Below, in pieces: positions 9,201 through 18,680 of a stretch of 64,000 nt of DNA. The translations under genes were made by a program, and so were the position numbers. Below the pieces are notes generated by a model. That model was not told the DNA's origin. It did no database searches and saw only the letters and a list, made by a program, of their open reading frames with translations. How positions within the stretch are numbered: the stretch's first letter is position 1; every line of letters begins with the position of its first letter. Source of the DNA: a candidate division WOR-3 bacterium (GTDB taxonomy: Bacteria; Hydrothermota; Tepidihabitantia; Tepidihabitantales; Tepidihabitantaceae); contig CBFGIT010000010.1 of assembly GCA_965648905.1 (NCBI GenBank), forward strand, positions 1 through 64,000, in the 5' to 3' direction.

Positions 9201-11847
9201 GGTCGAGGTCCTCGCCGTCAAGGCGGCCGTTGCGCTCGGTGCCCATCGGGTTGGTCGTCGCGTTGTAGTCGTCGTTGAAGTCGTCGGCGGTGTCGAGGCG
9301 GCCGAACAGGGTGTCGTCGGCATAGATGCCGTCAAGGCCGGTGTCTTCGATTCCTTCATCGAGCTGACCGTTGAAATTGGCGTCTTCAGAATTGAGACGT
9401 CCGTCCCGACCGACGATCCTGCCCGAGCGGGTGCGGCGGGGCGCGTCTTCGTCAATCGAGGTGCCGATGGAGAAGTGAATCGTGCCGGCCGCTGCCGTGG
9501 TCTTGAAGACGACGCGCAGGTCTTCCATGTCGGCGAGGTTCATGCCGATCTGAGCCGGGCTGGTGGTGATTCCGGCCCAGGAAGATTCCGCGTCGTCGGC
9601 GTCAGGAGTGAAGATGACTCTTAAGTAATCGCGGCGCTCGCGCCCCTCGACCCCGAGCGAAGGCCCGAAGATGGTGTCGAGGCGGACGCGGACGAGCGGG
9701 TTGGTCCAGAACAAGGGGGCAAGGGCGAAGTTGTGGGTGTCTTTGCCCTGGGGCGGTGAGGACCAGAACCAGAGGATTGAAGTTGTCGAGACGTCGCGAG
9801 TTATCTGAGTGGCCTCGAAGTCATCAAGGTAGGCGACGCCGCGGGTATTCGGGTCGGGAAGGGAAACGGCCGCTTCGGCCGCCGCGGTCAGGGTAGTCGG
9901 GGCTTGGGCACGAATCACCGGCAGGCGGTCGAGAAACGCGGTGACCGCGTTCGAGGAGACGGCGTAAGACGCATCGGCCTCGCAGATCATCCGGCGGAAA
10001 GGCTCGGACCCGAGGCTGGGCTTCTCCTCGCGCAGGCCTTCGTTGCGGTAGAACAGGCTGGTACCGACTTTGCTCTGTTCGTTGAGCTTGTACTCGGCTC
10101 GGGTTCCGACGAGAGATTTGTCGGCCAAGGAGAAGAGCGGCCGGTATTCGTAAGTGACCTGGATATTGGCATTGACCGGCAAAGGCTTGAGGAACGTGAC
10201 CACGCCGGTCTTGTAGTTGATTGAGTAGCCATCGTCTCTGGTCCATTGTTCGCCGTTGACCGTGACGCGCTCTGAGCCATCGGTGATGTCAGGCTGGCCG
10301 AGGTAGTACGATTCGGTTGCGCTTGAGTATTCGGCGACCATGTAGTACCGGCGGCCCTCGCCGGCCAGATACTCATAAGGGTCTTTGCGGTAGATGATCC
10401 GCTCGCGAACCGACAGAGCTGACGAGTCGAACGGCTTTGGGCCCGGGAAGATGATGAGCCCAGTCTTCTTCTCGAACTGAGGGTACTCGGGCCGGTCGTC
10501 GCCGTTAGGGTCGAGCCCGAGAATTTCGGTGAACTTGCGGCCCTGGTTGGCGCCGCCGGTTTCACGGTCCGGGTGCTGACCTTCGGGGTCATAGCGGAAC
10601 AGGCGCAGGGAGTTGAGCGTCACCTCACCCTGGGGTAGCGAGTAGACGTTGCGCATCTGGTAGTCCCAGGTGAGCGAGGAAGTGTCATTGCGCTGGGGCT
10701 TGAGGAGCGCGAGGATAATGGTGTCGCCGTGCCAGTAATAACCGCCGAGCGAGTCGTTGTCGGTGGTGATAATGGAAAGCCCGACGACCTCGTTGGGATT
10801 GAGCGGGTTCGCGAACTCGAGCACGTTGTTCGGCCGGACGTAGTAGTCCTGGCCAAAGGTCTTCAGGTCGAAGTCACCGGGCTGGCGGTCCTCGTCAATT
10901 GTGCCGGGTATCGATTCGGGGAAATCGGGGAAGACCGTGGCGATGCCTTTGAGCGCCGACTGGTTGTTGTTCGGGTTGCGGTCGTCGACATAGACCCGGA
11001 GACTTCTGACCGCGCCGGTCGTGGGAATCCGGTAGAACCGACGGGGAACGTACTGGCCGCAGTAGATTGTGTCGATGCTGGTCTTACGCTGCCCCTGAAA
11101 GGTCTGGGTCTGGCTCTGTGACTGCTCGCGCGAGGCAACGGCGTAAAGGTCAACTCCGCCGAGTTTGCCCCGGGCCGATGCGCCGAACAGGCCGCGACGG
11201 GCAGGCAGGTCTCCGGTGTAGGCGGTGCCGGGAATCGCAAGCCTGGTGTCGCCCAATTCGACCGACTGCACGACCTCGTCCTCGGTGCCGGTGTAGGAGA
11301 GCATCACTTTGTTCTGGGCCTCGCTGCGCTCGGAGTCGTGGTCGATGTTTACTTTGGTGCGCTCGCCGACCGTGCCGTTGAGCACGACCGAAAGCTGCTG
11401 TTCCATCTTGAGCTCGGGGAACAGGCCACGTTGGCGGCCTGGAGTCTCGACGCCGCCGCGCACGACCGTCTGCCGACCGCCGAGGGTTATCCGGTCCCGG
11501 CCCGAGATGTCAATCTTGCTCCCTTCACCGAATATCGGCAGGCGCGGGAGTTCGATGTCCGGAATCAGTCCGCTCGCATCGGCAACCAGGTCGCGCTGCT
11601 GCTGGCTACGTCGCGCTTTCTCCTGCCACTTGTCGGTGACCGACTGGGCAAGCTGATAGTCGAGGTACTCGTCGAGCATCAGCACCCGGTCTACGCCGAG
11701 GAGCCGGTTGCCGCGCCATCGCTCCATGAAGACCATGCCCAGGGTGTAGTCCACCCGCGGGATGATGCGCTCGGGTTCGTAGAGCGAAGGAATCTGGGCC
11801 GAGGCAATCGAGGTCGCGATGAGGATGGTGATGACGCCGGGTTTCAT
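6292..11847 (-). CDS. sprA: Giant (1851 aa) outer-membrane beta-barrel protein, probable T9SS translocon SprA/Sov homolog
   Basis: Signal peptide; very long beta-rich sequence ending in C-terminal aromatic (..VWVLFRF) typical of OMP barrels; size and N-terminal region resemble cell surface protein SprA; genome encodes several T9SS CTD cargo proteins. Confidence 0.55.
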   Translation of the reverse strand: MKPGVITILIATSIASAQIPSLYEPERIIPRVDYTLGMVFMERWRGNRLLGVDRVLMLDEYLDYQLAQSVTDKWQEKARRSQQQRDLVADASGLIPDIELPRLPIFGEGSKIDISGRDRITLGGRQTVVRGGVETPGRQRGLFPELKMEQQLSVVLNGTVGERTKVNIDHDSERSEAQNKVMLSYTGTEDEVVQSVELGDTRLAIPGTAYTGDLPARRGLFGASARGKLGGVDLYAVASREQSQSQTQTFQGQRKTSIDTIYCGQYVPRRFYRIPTTGAVRSLRVYVDDRNPNNNQSALKGIATVFPDFPESIPGTIDEDRQPGDFDLKTFGQDYYVRPNNVLEFANPLNPNEVVGLSIITTDNDSLGGYYWHGDTIILALLKPQRNDTSSLTWDYQMRNVYSLPQGEVTLNSLRLFRYDPEGQHPDRETGGANQGRKFTEILGLDPNGDDRPEYPQFEKKTGLIIFPGPKPFDSSALSVRERIIYRKDPYEYLAGEGRRYYMVAEYSSATESYYLGQPDITDGSERVTVNGEQWTRDDGYSINYKTGVVTFLKPLPVNANIQVTYEYRPLFSLADKSLVGTRAEYKLNEQSKVGTSLFYRNEGLREEKPSLGSEPFRRMICEADASYAVSSNAVTAFLDRLPVIRAQAPTTLTAAAEAAVSLPDPNTRGVAYLDDFEATQITRDVSTTSILWFWSSPPQGKDTHNFALAPLFWTNPLVRVRLDTIFGPSLGVEGRERRDYLRVIFTPDADDAESSWAGITTSPAQIGMNLADMEDLRVVFKTTAAAGTIHFSIGTSIDEDAPRRTRSGRIVGRDGRLNSEDANFNGQLDEGIEDTGLDGIYADDTLFGRLDTADDFNDDYNATTNPMGTERNGRLDGEDLDRNGFSMYNHYFETSVSLGDSHHLSPLYNNWQLLRIPLKDTSLLRTVGKPRWEDIRLFRIWLDNFTTIETLDLYSIEFTGSRWTTPVIAMLRDTNTIPADTAEKVWVTQISRRTDTAYNSPFELKSNAQGQLEQEAAMLMGYRNLHARRRAVASKLAPEREDYRDYATLRIYVHDDGAGLNFLLRLGSDSANYYQYSAPVTSGQLVPGRDGRWYEFIIPLDSLPLLKLRRDSATTPDTAWTSGPYTVLGRPSLADVRYTALGIENHSDRKLPAGGIWFNDLRLTAPRKEPGYGIQARTNLVLSDFATIGLNFGYSDPNFRRFSEGRGVKAGGFGTSNGLGFRANLDRLLPYGWGLNLPLSYSVAEQRESPKFDPVYPDLRIGRGTAPASAGRSEDIALDNIRKNRSNNRLLNYTLEAMGASWRQRRSRSRSALAQDSSWASTAAWSYAISPDLKFRVGREEELSYFPQSIRLAVANARRNDFRGSRLNPDSTMRVDTLRGNGLSTDLGIEYSPLDDLNFDYSVNTERDLLVARPDTVLFLALGNESGRDHSFNAGYSIDLGDWLSPSIDFSGDYSDERPKQGTDYADVRNMNNSGDIDVSVNLDLPELLGRFDRDPTRPPRRPSRRGPTTRDSAGSDTTAQPPPRPGLRLNLGALSRIIEPVDFSYSFSRSSNLVSVYDVSPWYYRLGFTDVFTFKRDSTRLPTSAVRDRDRTLRLSSGARVKELTVRVGYDWADGRTYNSAVSSAAYDRNITWPDLDLSLTRVHTIFKNYATDSRLSSRFRRRSTLTGELLRDSAGERLGTFGRNANANNEFSPLLSWQTTWKRRITTTLAANYTFSRGVNYLSEDGLVRSVTDGQSRSADLSLSYAFAAPQGVKLPFLRRLRFSSDLTLTWTLRFSQSTRAQTPWDATGPGRTTDLQRDNSFGTTLAASYRFSRSIEAGLNTGYSRSRGLSPTTTESANLDVWVLFRF

Positions 11848-13736
11848 GACTGCGAGGTCGAAGAATCGTGCGGGCCGAAGAACCGGCCGAGCTGCCGGAC
11901 AAGTGCTTGGGGCGACAGCCCGACTGCTTCGAGCAACTGACTCCGGCTGCCATGCTCGATGAACTGGTCGGGCAGGCCAATGAGCAGGGTCTTTGGTCTT
12001 GGTTCAATTGCATCAAGGACAAGGCTGACTGCAGCGCCGAAGCCGCCGGCAATGACGTTCTCTTCTATGACCGCAAGCCGGGGATAGCGGCGGGCCGCGG
12101 CCAGGATTGCGGTCGTGTCAATGGGCTTGGCAAAGCGGGCGTTGATGACCGCGAGGTCGATTCCCTGGTCGGCCAGTTGCTGCGCTGCGAGGAGCGCGGT
12201 GTGCGCGGTCGGGCCCAGGGCAATAACACCGCCGTCCGTACCGTCGCGGAGAGGAGTCGAGCGGCCCGGCTCAATTGGAGGACGCTCGGCAAGGCCGAGC
12301 GGCGGGACCGAGCCGCGCGGATAGCGAAGCGCGGTCGGGCCGGTCGAGCTGGTCAGGGCGAACTGAAGCATCGCCTCGAGCTCGGGCAGGTCCATCGGCG
12401 CCATGACCGTCATCCCGGGCAGCATCGTGAGGTAGGAGATATCGAATGCGCCGTGGTGAGTCGGGCCATCCTCGCCGACCAGGCCGGCCCGGTCGACGGC
12501 GACGACGACCGGCAGGTTCTGAAGGCAGACGTCCTGCAGGAGCTGGTCCAGGGCCCGGGCGAGAAACGTCGAGTAGACTGCCACGACCGGCTTGAGTCCG
12601 GCAAGGGCCAGACCGGCAGCAAGAGTGACAGCATGTTGCTCGCAGATGCCGACATCAAAGAAGCGGTTCGGGAACTGGTCCCGGAACCGGGCCAGTCCGG
12701 TCCCAAGGCACATGCCGGCGGTAATTGCGACAATTCGGTCGTCCTGGGCCGCGAGTTCTGCCAGTCGAGTTCCAAAGCATGAAGTGAACGACGGCCCGTC
12801 CGCTCCGGTCACCCGGCCGGTCTCAGGGTCGAACGGGCCGGTGCCGTGGAACGTCTCGGGTCGTTCGACCGCAGGCCGATAGCCTTCGCCTTTGCGCGTG
12901 ACAACGTGGACAAGCACCGGGCCGCGCAGTGTCCGGACGCGGCGCAGGGTGTCGACTAACTCGGGCAGGCTGTGGCCGTCAACCGGTCCGATGTAGCGGA
13001 AACCGAGTTCCTCAAACAGGATGCTCGGGACAACGAGGTTCTTAAGACCCTCTTCGAGCTTGCGGGCAGCAAGGCGCGACTTCTCGCTCAGGTCTTCAGG
13101 AAGGTGACCAAGCAGGTTCCAGACATCGGCGCGGAGCCGGTTGTACATCCGGCCGGTAATCATCCGGTTGAGATAGCCGGCCATCGCCCCAGTGCTGCGG
13201 GCGATGCTCATCTCGTTGTCGTTCAGAATCACTACCAGGTCCTGTCTGAGGCAGCCGCCGTGGTTCAGTGCCTCAAATGCCATGCCGGCGACGACCGAGC
13301 CATCACCAATCACCGCGATTGAGCGGCGGTCCTGACCTTGGAGCCGGTCGCCGACCGCAGCGCCGAGCGCGACCGATATCGAGTTACCCGAGTGGCCGGT
13401 GTCGAACACATCGTATTCGCTCTCGGCCCGCTTGGGGAAACCGGCAATCCCCTTGTACTGGCGGAGAGTATGGAATCGGGCGCGGCGGCCGGTGACGATC
13501 TTGTGGGCGTAGCACTGGTGTCCGACATCCCAGACAACCCGGTCCTTGGGCGTGTCGAACACATAGTGGATTGCCAGGGTCAGCTCGACCACGCCCAGGC
13601 TCGGGGCAAGGTGTCCGCCGGTCCGGGCCGTGGTCTCGATGATAAGTGCGCGAATCTCCTGTGCCAGAGTCCTGAGTTCGGCAAGCGTCATCTGCCGCAG
13701 GTCGAGCGGCGACGAGACCCGGTCAAGAAGCGCCAT
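11844..13736 (-). CDS. dxs: 1-deoxy-D-xylulose-5-phosphate synthase
   Basis: Full-length match to DXS signature regions (GGHLAPSLGVVELTLAIHYVFDTPKDRVVWDVGHQCYAHKIVTGRR...GDGSVVAGMAFEALNHGG). Confidence 0.95.
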   Translation of the reverse strand: MALLDRVSSPLDLRQMTLAELRTLAQEIRALIIETTARTGGHLAPSLGVVELTLAIHYVFDTPKDRVVWDVGHQCYAHKIVTGRRARFHTLRQYKGIAGFPKRAESEYDVFDTGHSGNSISVALGAAVGDRLQGQDRRSIAVIGDGSVVAGMAFEALNHGGCLRQDLVVILNDNEMSIARSTGAMAGYLNRMITGRMYNRLRADVWNLLGHLPEDLSEKSRLAARKLEEGLKNLVVPSILFEELGFRYIGPVDGHSLPELVDTLRRVRTLRGPVLVHVVTRKGEGYRPAVERPETFHGTGPFDPETGRVTGADGPSFTSCFGTRLAELAAQDDRIVAITAGMCLGTGLARFRDQFPNRFFDVGICEQHAVTLAAGLALAGLKPVVAVYSTFLARALDQLLQDVCLQNLPVVVAVDRAGLVGEDGPTHHGAFDISYLTMLPGMTVMAPMDLPELEAMLQFALTSSTGPTALRYPRGSVPPLGLAERPPIEPGRSTPLRDGTDGGVIALGPTAHTALLAAQQLADQGIDLAVINARFAKPIDTTAILAAARRYPRLAVIEENVIAGGFGAAVSLVLDAIEPRPKTLLIGLPDQFIEHGSRSQLLEAVGLSPQALVRQLGRFFGPHDSSTSQS

Positions 13737-13739
13737 CAG

Positions 13740-14594
13740 CTATGAACTGCGGTGCAGGATAAGCCGGGGCAGGCCGGCGAGGAAGGAGTATCCTGGCCCA
13801 AGCCGGGAGAATGTCTTTTCGGCCAGCGTTGCTTTGGCCGTGGCGCGGTGCTGCATGGCTGCCCGTTGTCGAACGGAGAGCGGCTCTCTGTCCGGTGAGT
13901 CGGCGCGGACGTCAAGCAGGTCGTCAGTTATCTGGAACAACTCGCCCAGCTCCAGCCCGGCGCGTCGGAGCCGGGCACAGACCAGACGACCGGCACCGGC
14001 GAGCAACGCGCCTGACTCAAGCGCCGCGGCAATGAACTGAGCCGTCTTTTGCCGGTGGACGAGCGCGGTGCGCTGCCTGCTCGTCTGCTTTCGGCTTTTG
14101 TCGGCCATGTCCATTATCTGTCCGCCGGTCATGCCGGCCGGGCCCACGGCCCGACAGACCAGACCGATTGCGCTAAGAACGAATTCAGCCCTGACCTGTG
14201 TCTGGGTGAAAAGCTCGAAGGCTCGGGCAAAGAGCGCGTCGGCCGCCAGTATCGCAGTCGCCTCGTCGAAACGACGATGGAGACTAGGGCGGCCACGGCG
14301 GAAGTCGTCGTCGTCCATGCTCGGCAGGTCGTCATGCACCAGTGAAAAGGCATGGATGAACTCAATTCCACAGCAGAACGGCAGCACGGCGCGGTCCGGG
14401 TATCCGGCGGCAGCGCGAAACGCCTCAAGACACAATGTCGGCCTAAGCCGTTTGCCCGGGCCGAGCACGGCATAGCGCATGGCGTCGTTCAGCCGCCGGG
14501 GAACGCCAGGCGTGATTCGCAGAGCCTGCTGCAGGGCGCGGTCAATCAGGTTTCGGTCCTGAGCCAGCCTGGTTCGGAGTTGTGCTTCGTTCAT
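13740..14594 (-). CDS. ispA: Polyprenyl synthetase (farnesyl/geranylgeranyl diphosphate synthase)
   Basis: First and second aspartate-rich motifs (LVHDDLPSMDDDDFRRGRP ... ITDDLLD). Confidence 0.85.
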   Translation of the reverse strand: MNEAQLRTRLAQDRNLIDRALQQALRITPGVPRRLNDAMRYAVLGPGKRLRPTLCLEAFRAAAGYPDRAVLPFCCGIEFIHAFSLVHDDLPSMDDDDFRRGRPSLHRRFDEATAILAADALFARAFELFTQTQVRAEFVLSAIGLVCRAVGPAGMTGGQIMDMADKSRKQTSRQRTALVHRQKTAQFIAAALESGALLAGAGRLVCARLRRAGLELGELFQITDDLLDVRADSPDREPLSVRQRAAMQHRATAKATLAEKTFSRLGPGYSFLAGLPRLILHRSS

Positions 14595-15460
14595 CTTCCG
14601 GCGGCACGCTCGGCTGCCTTGACCACATTGGCCAGAAGCATCGCCACAGTCATCGGCCCGACACCACCGGGCACGGGCGTAATCGCTGCGGCTTTGGGTG
14701 CCACGGTGGCAAAGTCAACGTCGCCGACCAGCTTACCGCCGACGCTGTTCGTGCCCGCATCGACCACGACCACACCGTCACTCACCATGTCACCTTTGAC
14801 CAGCCCGGGCCGGCCTACCGCCACAACAAGAATCTCAGCGTTCCGGCACGTCGCGGCCAGGTCGGTTGTTGCTGAGTGGCAGACCGTGACCGTTGCGTCC
14901 CCGCCGTCGCCGCGTAAGAGCAGCAGGTTGGCCAGGGGCTTACCGACCAGATTGCCTCGGCCGACAATTACAACCCGGCGGCCGGCAATCGCGATGCGGT
15001 TGCGACGGAGCAGCTCGATAATTCCCGAAGGAGTGGCAGGGGTAAGATATGGCCGGCCCGCCATCAACCTGCCCAGGCTCTCGGGGCTGAGACCATCGGC
15101 ATCCTTGTCCGGCCGCAAGGACCCAAGCAGCTCAGCTTCGTCCAGGCCCGAGGGCAGAGGCAGTTGCAGGATGATGCCGTGTACGGCCGGGTCCTGGTTC
15201 CATTCGTCAACCCGATGGCGCAGTTCGTCCTGAGTCACGTCGGCCTTGACCCGGAGTACGGCAACGTCGATACCAACTTCCTGTCCGGCTCGTTCCTTGT
15301 TCCGGACGTACACCTGGGAAGGAGCGAAGTCTCCGGCCAGGAGGATGCGCAGTGACGGCACGATGCCGCGGTTACGCAGCGCCTGGACACGTCCGGCCAG
15401 CTCGGCCATTACCTGCCGACTGCAGGCCCGACCGTCGAGAATCAGGGGAGTAGTGCTCAA
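14591..15460 (-). CDS. folD: Bifunctional methylenetetrahydrofolate dehydrogenase/cyclohydrolase
   Basis: LILDGRA..., VGRGNLVGKPLANLLL, PVPGGVGPMTVAMLLANVV motifs; TTG start; ATGA overlap with ispA. Confidence 0.9.
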   Translation of the reverse strand: MSTTPLILDGRACSRQVMAELAGRVQALRNRGIVPSLRILLAGDFAPSQVYVRNKERAGQEVGIDVAVLRVKADVTQDELRHRVDEWNQDPAVHGIILQLPLPSGLDEAELLGSLRPDKDADGLSPESLGRLMAGRPYLTPATPSGIIELLRRNRIAIAGRRVVIVGRGNLVGKPLANLLLLRGDGGDATVTVCHSATTDLAATCRNAEILVVAVGRPGLVKGDMVSDGVVVVDAGTNSVGGKLVGDVDFATVAPKAAAITPVPGGVGPMTVAMLLANVVKAAERAAGR

Positions 15461-15747
15461 GAGAGTGCGAGCCGAAGCCCGGCGTCTCCTGAGGAGTACG
15501 CCGCCTGTTCTGTCCTGGTTCTTGACGCGGTCAGGGTAGAAGAAAAAAGTGCCTTGACTGCGCGGTCAGTTGATGTCGAAGACATTCAGCACAGAATGGA
15601 CGCTACAGGGCTCCTTTCGCAAGCGCCTCATTCTCGCCAAAAAAAGGCTGCTGGTCAACATCGGAGCCACAGGCCGGCGATGGGTTGGATGACAATCGTA
15701 CCTGCTGCCGAGCTTGATTGACCGCGAGTTTCTCTTACTGTTAGGTC

Positions 15748-17700
15748 GTGATTAGTTTGGCCGGAGTTGCGGTCGAATTCGGAACCCAGGAACTTTACAG
15801 CGACGTGAATCTGTTCGTGGGCCCGAATGACCGAATCGGGCTTGTCGGTGCAAACGGCAGCGGCAAGTCGACCATCCTGAAGATGATTGCCGGCATGCAG
15901 GAGCCGACCCGTGGGCAGATTGACATCCGCAAAGGCACACGCATCGCCTATCTTGCCCAGACTGGGGCCGTGGTCGGGGACCGGACCGTACTTGAGGAGG
16001 CTCTGTCCGCATTCTCTCATCTTGATGAGATTCACTCAGAGATGGTCGAGCTTGAACACCGGATGCACGATGCCAGCATGCCCGAGCAGGAGTTGAACGC
16101 GATTCTCGCCCGGTATGCCGTGCTGCAAGGGTATTACAGCGCCGATGCCTATGACCGTGAATCGCGGGCCGAGAAGACACTCATGAGCTTGGGCTTCGCC
16201 GAGGAGGACTTTGCCAAGCCGGTTCGCCAGCAGTCGGGCGGGTTCCAGGTGCGCCTGGCCCTGGCGCGCGAGTTGCTGGAAGAGCCGGACGTGCTGCTGC
16301 TGGACGAGCCGACCAACTACCTTGACATCCGCTCGATCGAGTGGCTCCAGAGCTATCTGGCCGAGTTCTCCGGCGCGGTAGTGATGATCGCCCATGACCG
16401 ATATCTCCTGGACGCACTGGTCCAGAAGATCTGGGGCATCGAGTCGCGCAAGGTGCTCATCTACCCGGGCAACTACTCTGATTACCTGAAGGACAAAGAA
16501 CTGCGCGACGAGCGTCAGGCCAAGGACTACGAAGAGCAGCAGCAGTTCATCAAGCGCACCGAGCACTTCATCGCCAAGTTCAAGGGACGAAAGGACACGG
16601 CCAAGCGGGCAATGAGCCGACAGAAGATGCTTGACCGGCTTGAGCTGGTTGAAGCGCCCCAGACCGCGCCCGTCATCAGGATTCGCTTCCCCGAGGCCGA
16701 AGAAGTCTACGGCAAGGCATTCGAACTGAAGGGCGTGTCCAAGTCCTTTGGCCCGAAGCAGGTGCTTTCTAACGTTGACCTGGTGGTGGGCGGGGGCGAA
16801 AGAATCGGCCTGTTCGGCGCAAACGGCCAGGGCAAAACGACCCTGCTCCGGATGATTGCCGGGCAGCTTGAGCCTGATTCGGGTTCGGTCTGGTTGAGCC
16901 AGAAGAGCCAGATTGCCTACTACGAGCAGGGCGCAGAAGAGAAGATTGCCCCGGACTTGACCGTGCTTCAGGCCGCGGCCCAGTCCGGAGCCGGATTCAC
17001 CGAAAACGAGCTCAAAGGCATTCTCGGCACGTTCCTGTTCTCAGGCGATGCGGTGGAGAAGAAGGTCGGCGTGCTGTCGGGCGGTGAGCGGTCGCGCCTC
17101 GCGATTGTGCGGGCGCTGCTGACGCCGTCGAACCTGCTGATACTGGACGAGCCGACCAACCACTTGGACATCCAGTCGCGCGAGATTCTGTTCGAGGCGA
17201 TGAGCCGTTACCAGCGGACCATCGTCTTCGCCGCGCACGACCGATACATGCTCGACAAACTCGCCGACAAGACCGTGCGCGTGGAAGGCGGGCAGGCAGT
17301 GCTTTTCCCGGGCAACTACGCCTACGCATCATCGAGGGCGAAGAGCGCGAAGTCAACAGCCAACAGCCAACAGGCAGCAGCCAAGAGCCAGAAGCCAGGG
17401 GCCAAAAGTCAGGGGCCAAGAGCCAAGAGCCAAGAGCCGGAAGCCAAGGGCCAAAAGCCAAGAGCCAAGACCCCAGGTGCCAAGTCCGTGGCCCATGGTC
17501 TGAAGTCCACCGCTTCGCCTGTTGACCGCGTGGCAGAAGCGAGGCGCAGACTGGCAGAGATAGAGCGGGAGCTGCTTCAGGCCAAGGCAGCGTTCGACCT
17601 GAACCGGGCCCGGGCCCTGAACCAGGAGCGCAAGGAGCTTGAGCAGGAACTCGAGGCCCGCAAAGCCGATGAGGTCGAGTCTGGCAGGATATCCCCATGA
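15748..17700 (+). CDS. ABC-F family ATPase (tandem ABC domains, no TMD; Uup/YheS/EttA-like) with C-terminal Lys/Ser/Gln tandem-repeat linker and coiled coil
   Basis: Two Walker A (GANGSGKST; GANGQGKTT), two ABC signatures (LSGGFQ; LSGGERSRL), two Walker B (LLLDEPTN; LILDEPTN). Confidence 0.85.
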   Translation: MISLAGVAVEFGTQELYSDVNLFVGPNDRIGLVGANGSGKSTILKMIAGMQEPTRGQIDIRKGTRIAYLAQTGAVVGDRTVLEEALSAFSHLDEIHSEMVELEHRMHDASMPEQELNAILARYAVLQGYYSADAYDRESRAEKTLMSLGFAEEDFAKPVRQQSGGFQVRLALARELLEEPDVLLLDEPTNYLDIRSIEWLQSYLAEFSGAVVMIAHDRYLLDALVQKIWGIESRKVLIYPGNYSDYLKDKELRDERQAKDYEEQQQFIKRTEHFIAKFKGRKDTAKRAMSRQKMLDRLELVEAPQTAPVIRIRFPEAEEVYGKAFELKGVSKSFGPKQVLSNVDLVVGGGERIGLFGANGQGKTTLLRMIAGQLEPDSGSVWLSQKSQIAYYEQGAEEKIAPDLTVLQAAAQSGAGFTENELKGILGTFLFSGDAVEKKVGVLSGGERSRLAIVRALLTPSNLLILDEPTNHLDIQSREILFEAMSRYQRTIVFAAHDRYMLDKLADKTVRVEGGQAVLFPGNYAYASSRAKSAKSTANSQQAAAKSQKPGAKSQGPRAKSQEPEAKGQKPRAKTPGAKSVAHGLKSTASPVDRVAEARRRLAEIERELLQAKAAFDLNRARALNQERKELEQELEARKADEVESGRISP

Positions 17701-18107
17701 AGTTCGGGGTCAGCTCGGACAAAGAGGCGGCTCTGGCCGCGCGGCTTGCGGCACTGGGCGTTGATGAATCAGACATCATGGAGAAGTTCGTCCGGGCGCG
17801 CGGGCCGGGCGGACAGAACGTAAACAAGACCTCGACCGCGGTTTACCTGAAGCATCTCCCCTCAGGCATCGAAGTGAAGATGCAGCAGGAACGGTCTCAG
17901 GCATTGAACCGGTTCCTGGCCCGGCGTGTGCTGGCCGACAAACTCGAAGCTCTGACCAGGAAGCAGCAGACCGAAGAACAGGAACGCATCGCCCGAATCC
18001 GGCGTCAGAAGCGGAGGCGCTCAAGGCGCGCGCAGCAGAAAGTACTTGCGGCCAAACGCCACCGCAGCCAAGTCAAACACGCCCGCTCAGAACCCGAGCC
18101 GGACTAG
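17697..18107 (+). CDS. arfB: Alternative ribosome-rescue factor / peptidyl-tRNA hydrolase ArfB-like (RF-1 domain protein)
   Basis: GGQ motif (RGPGGQNVNKTSTAV) plus basic C-terminal tail; ATGA overlap with ABC-F. Confidence 0.8.
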   Translation: MKFGVSSDKEAALAARLAALGVDESDIMEKFVRARGPGGQNVNKTSTAVYLKHLPSGIEVKMQQERSQALNRFLARRVLADKLEALTRKQQTEEQERIARIRRQKRRRSRRAQQKVLAAKRHRSQVKHARSEPEPD

Positions 18108-18239
18108 CCCTTCCGCCAACTGCTTGGCGCCAGCCGCCTCGTTTCGTCTCTTGACTTCGCCCGGCGGTTGGGCATATTTACGATATGGTCAGACTACGGC
18201 TGGTCGCAGCTCAAGACCGCCTGACAGCGGAAGCACACG

Positions 18240-18674
18240 ATGTCCGCGAATAGCGCCGAAGCCGACAAGAGCCAGGAGCGTTTCTATGACGCCCTGAAGG
18301 AGCTGTTCGTCGGCGCGAAGGTCGAGGGCGAGTCGGGCTTCATCAACCTGATGCGCATCAAGTCGCGCTACTACACCGACGGCGTGTTCCCCAGGCTCCA
18401 GAAGGACATCGAGGCCGCGCTCAAGTCGCTGGGACATGACCCGAATGTCCGACATTCGGGATCGTGTCCCGAAAGCGCCTCATTCCGGCAGGAGCTGTTC
18501 GACAAGCTCTACGACTTCTTCCACCGCTACTTCAGCCCGAGCGGGTCAATCTACTTCCAGCACACGCCGTCCCACAAGAACATCTACGAGAAGGTCTACA
18601 CCGACGACCGGGACGTAGTGCTCTTCTGGAAGACCCACGAGCGAGACGCGAGGAGAGCCTCGGTCAGAGGGTAA
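18240..18674 (+). CDS. Hypothetical protein (144 aa) at island border; same frame as the next ORF, separated by a single TAA
   Basis: ORF with lower GC3 than backbone; no recognisable domain. Confidence 0.4.
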   Translation: MSANSAEADKSQERFYDALKELFVGAKVEGESGFINLMRIKSRYYTDGVFPRLQKDIEAALKSLGHDPNVRHSGSCPESASFRQELFDKLYDFFHRYFSPSGSIYFQHTPSHKNIYEKVYTDDRDVVLFWKTHERDARRASVRG

Positions 18675-18680
18675 GACCAA

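Noticed and set aside
15461-15747. Repeated ttgac(t)gcgcggtcag motif in the folD/ABC-F divergent intergenic region as a regulatory repeat
   Set aside because: Only two imperfect copies; it could be chance overlap of -35-like elements and cannot be supported without comparative data
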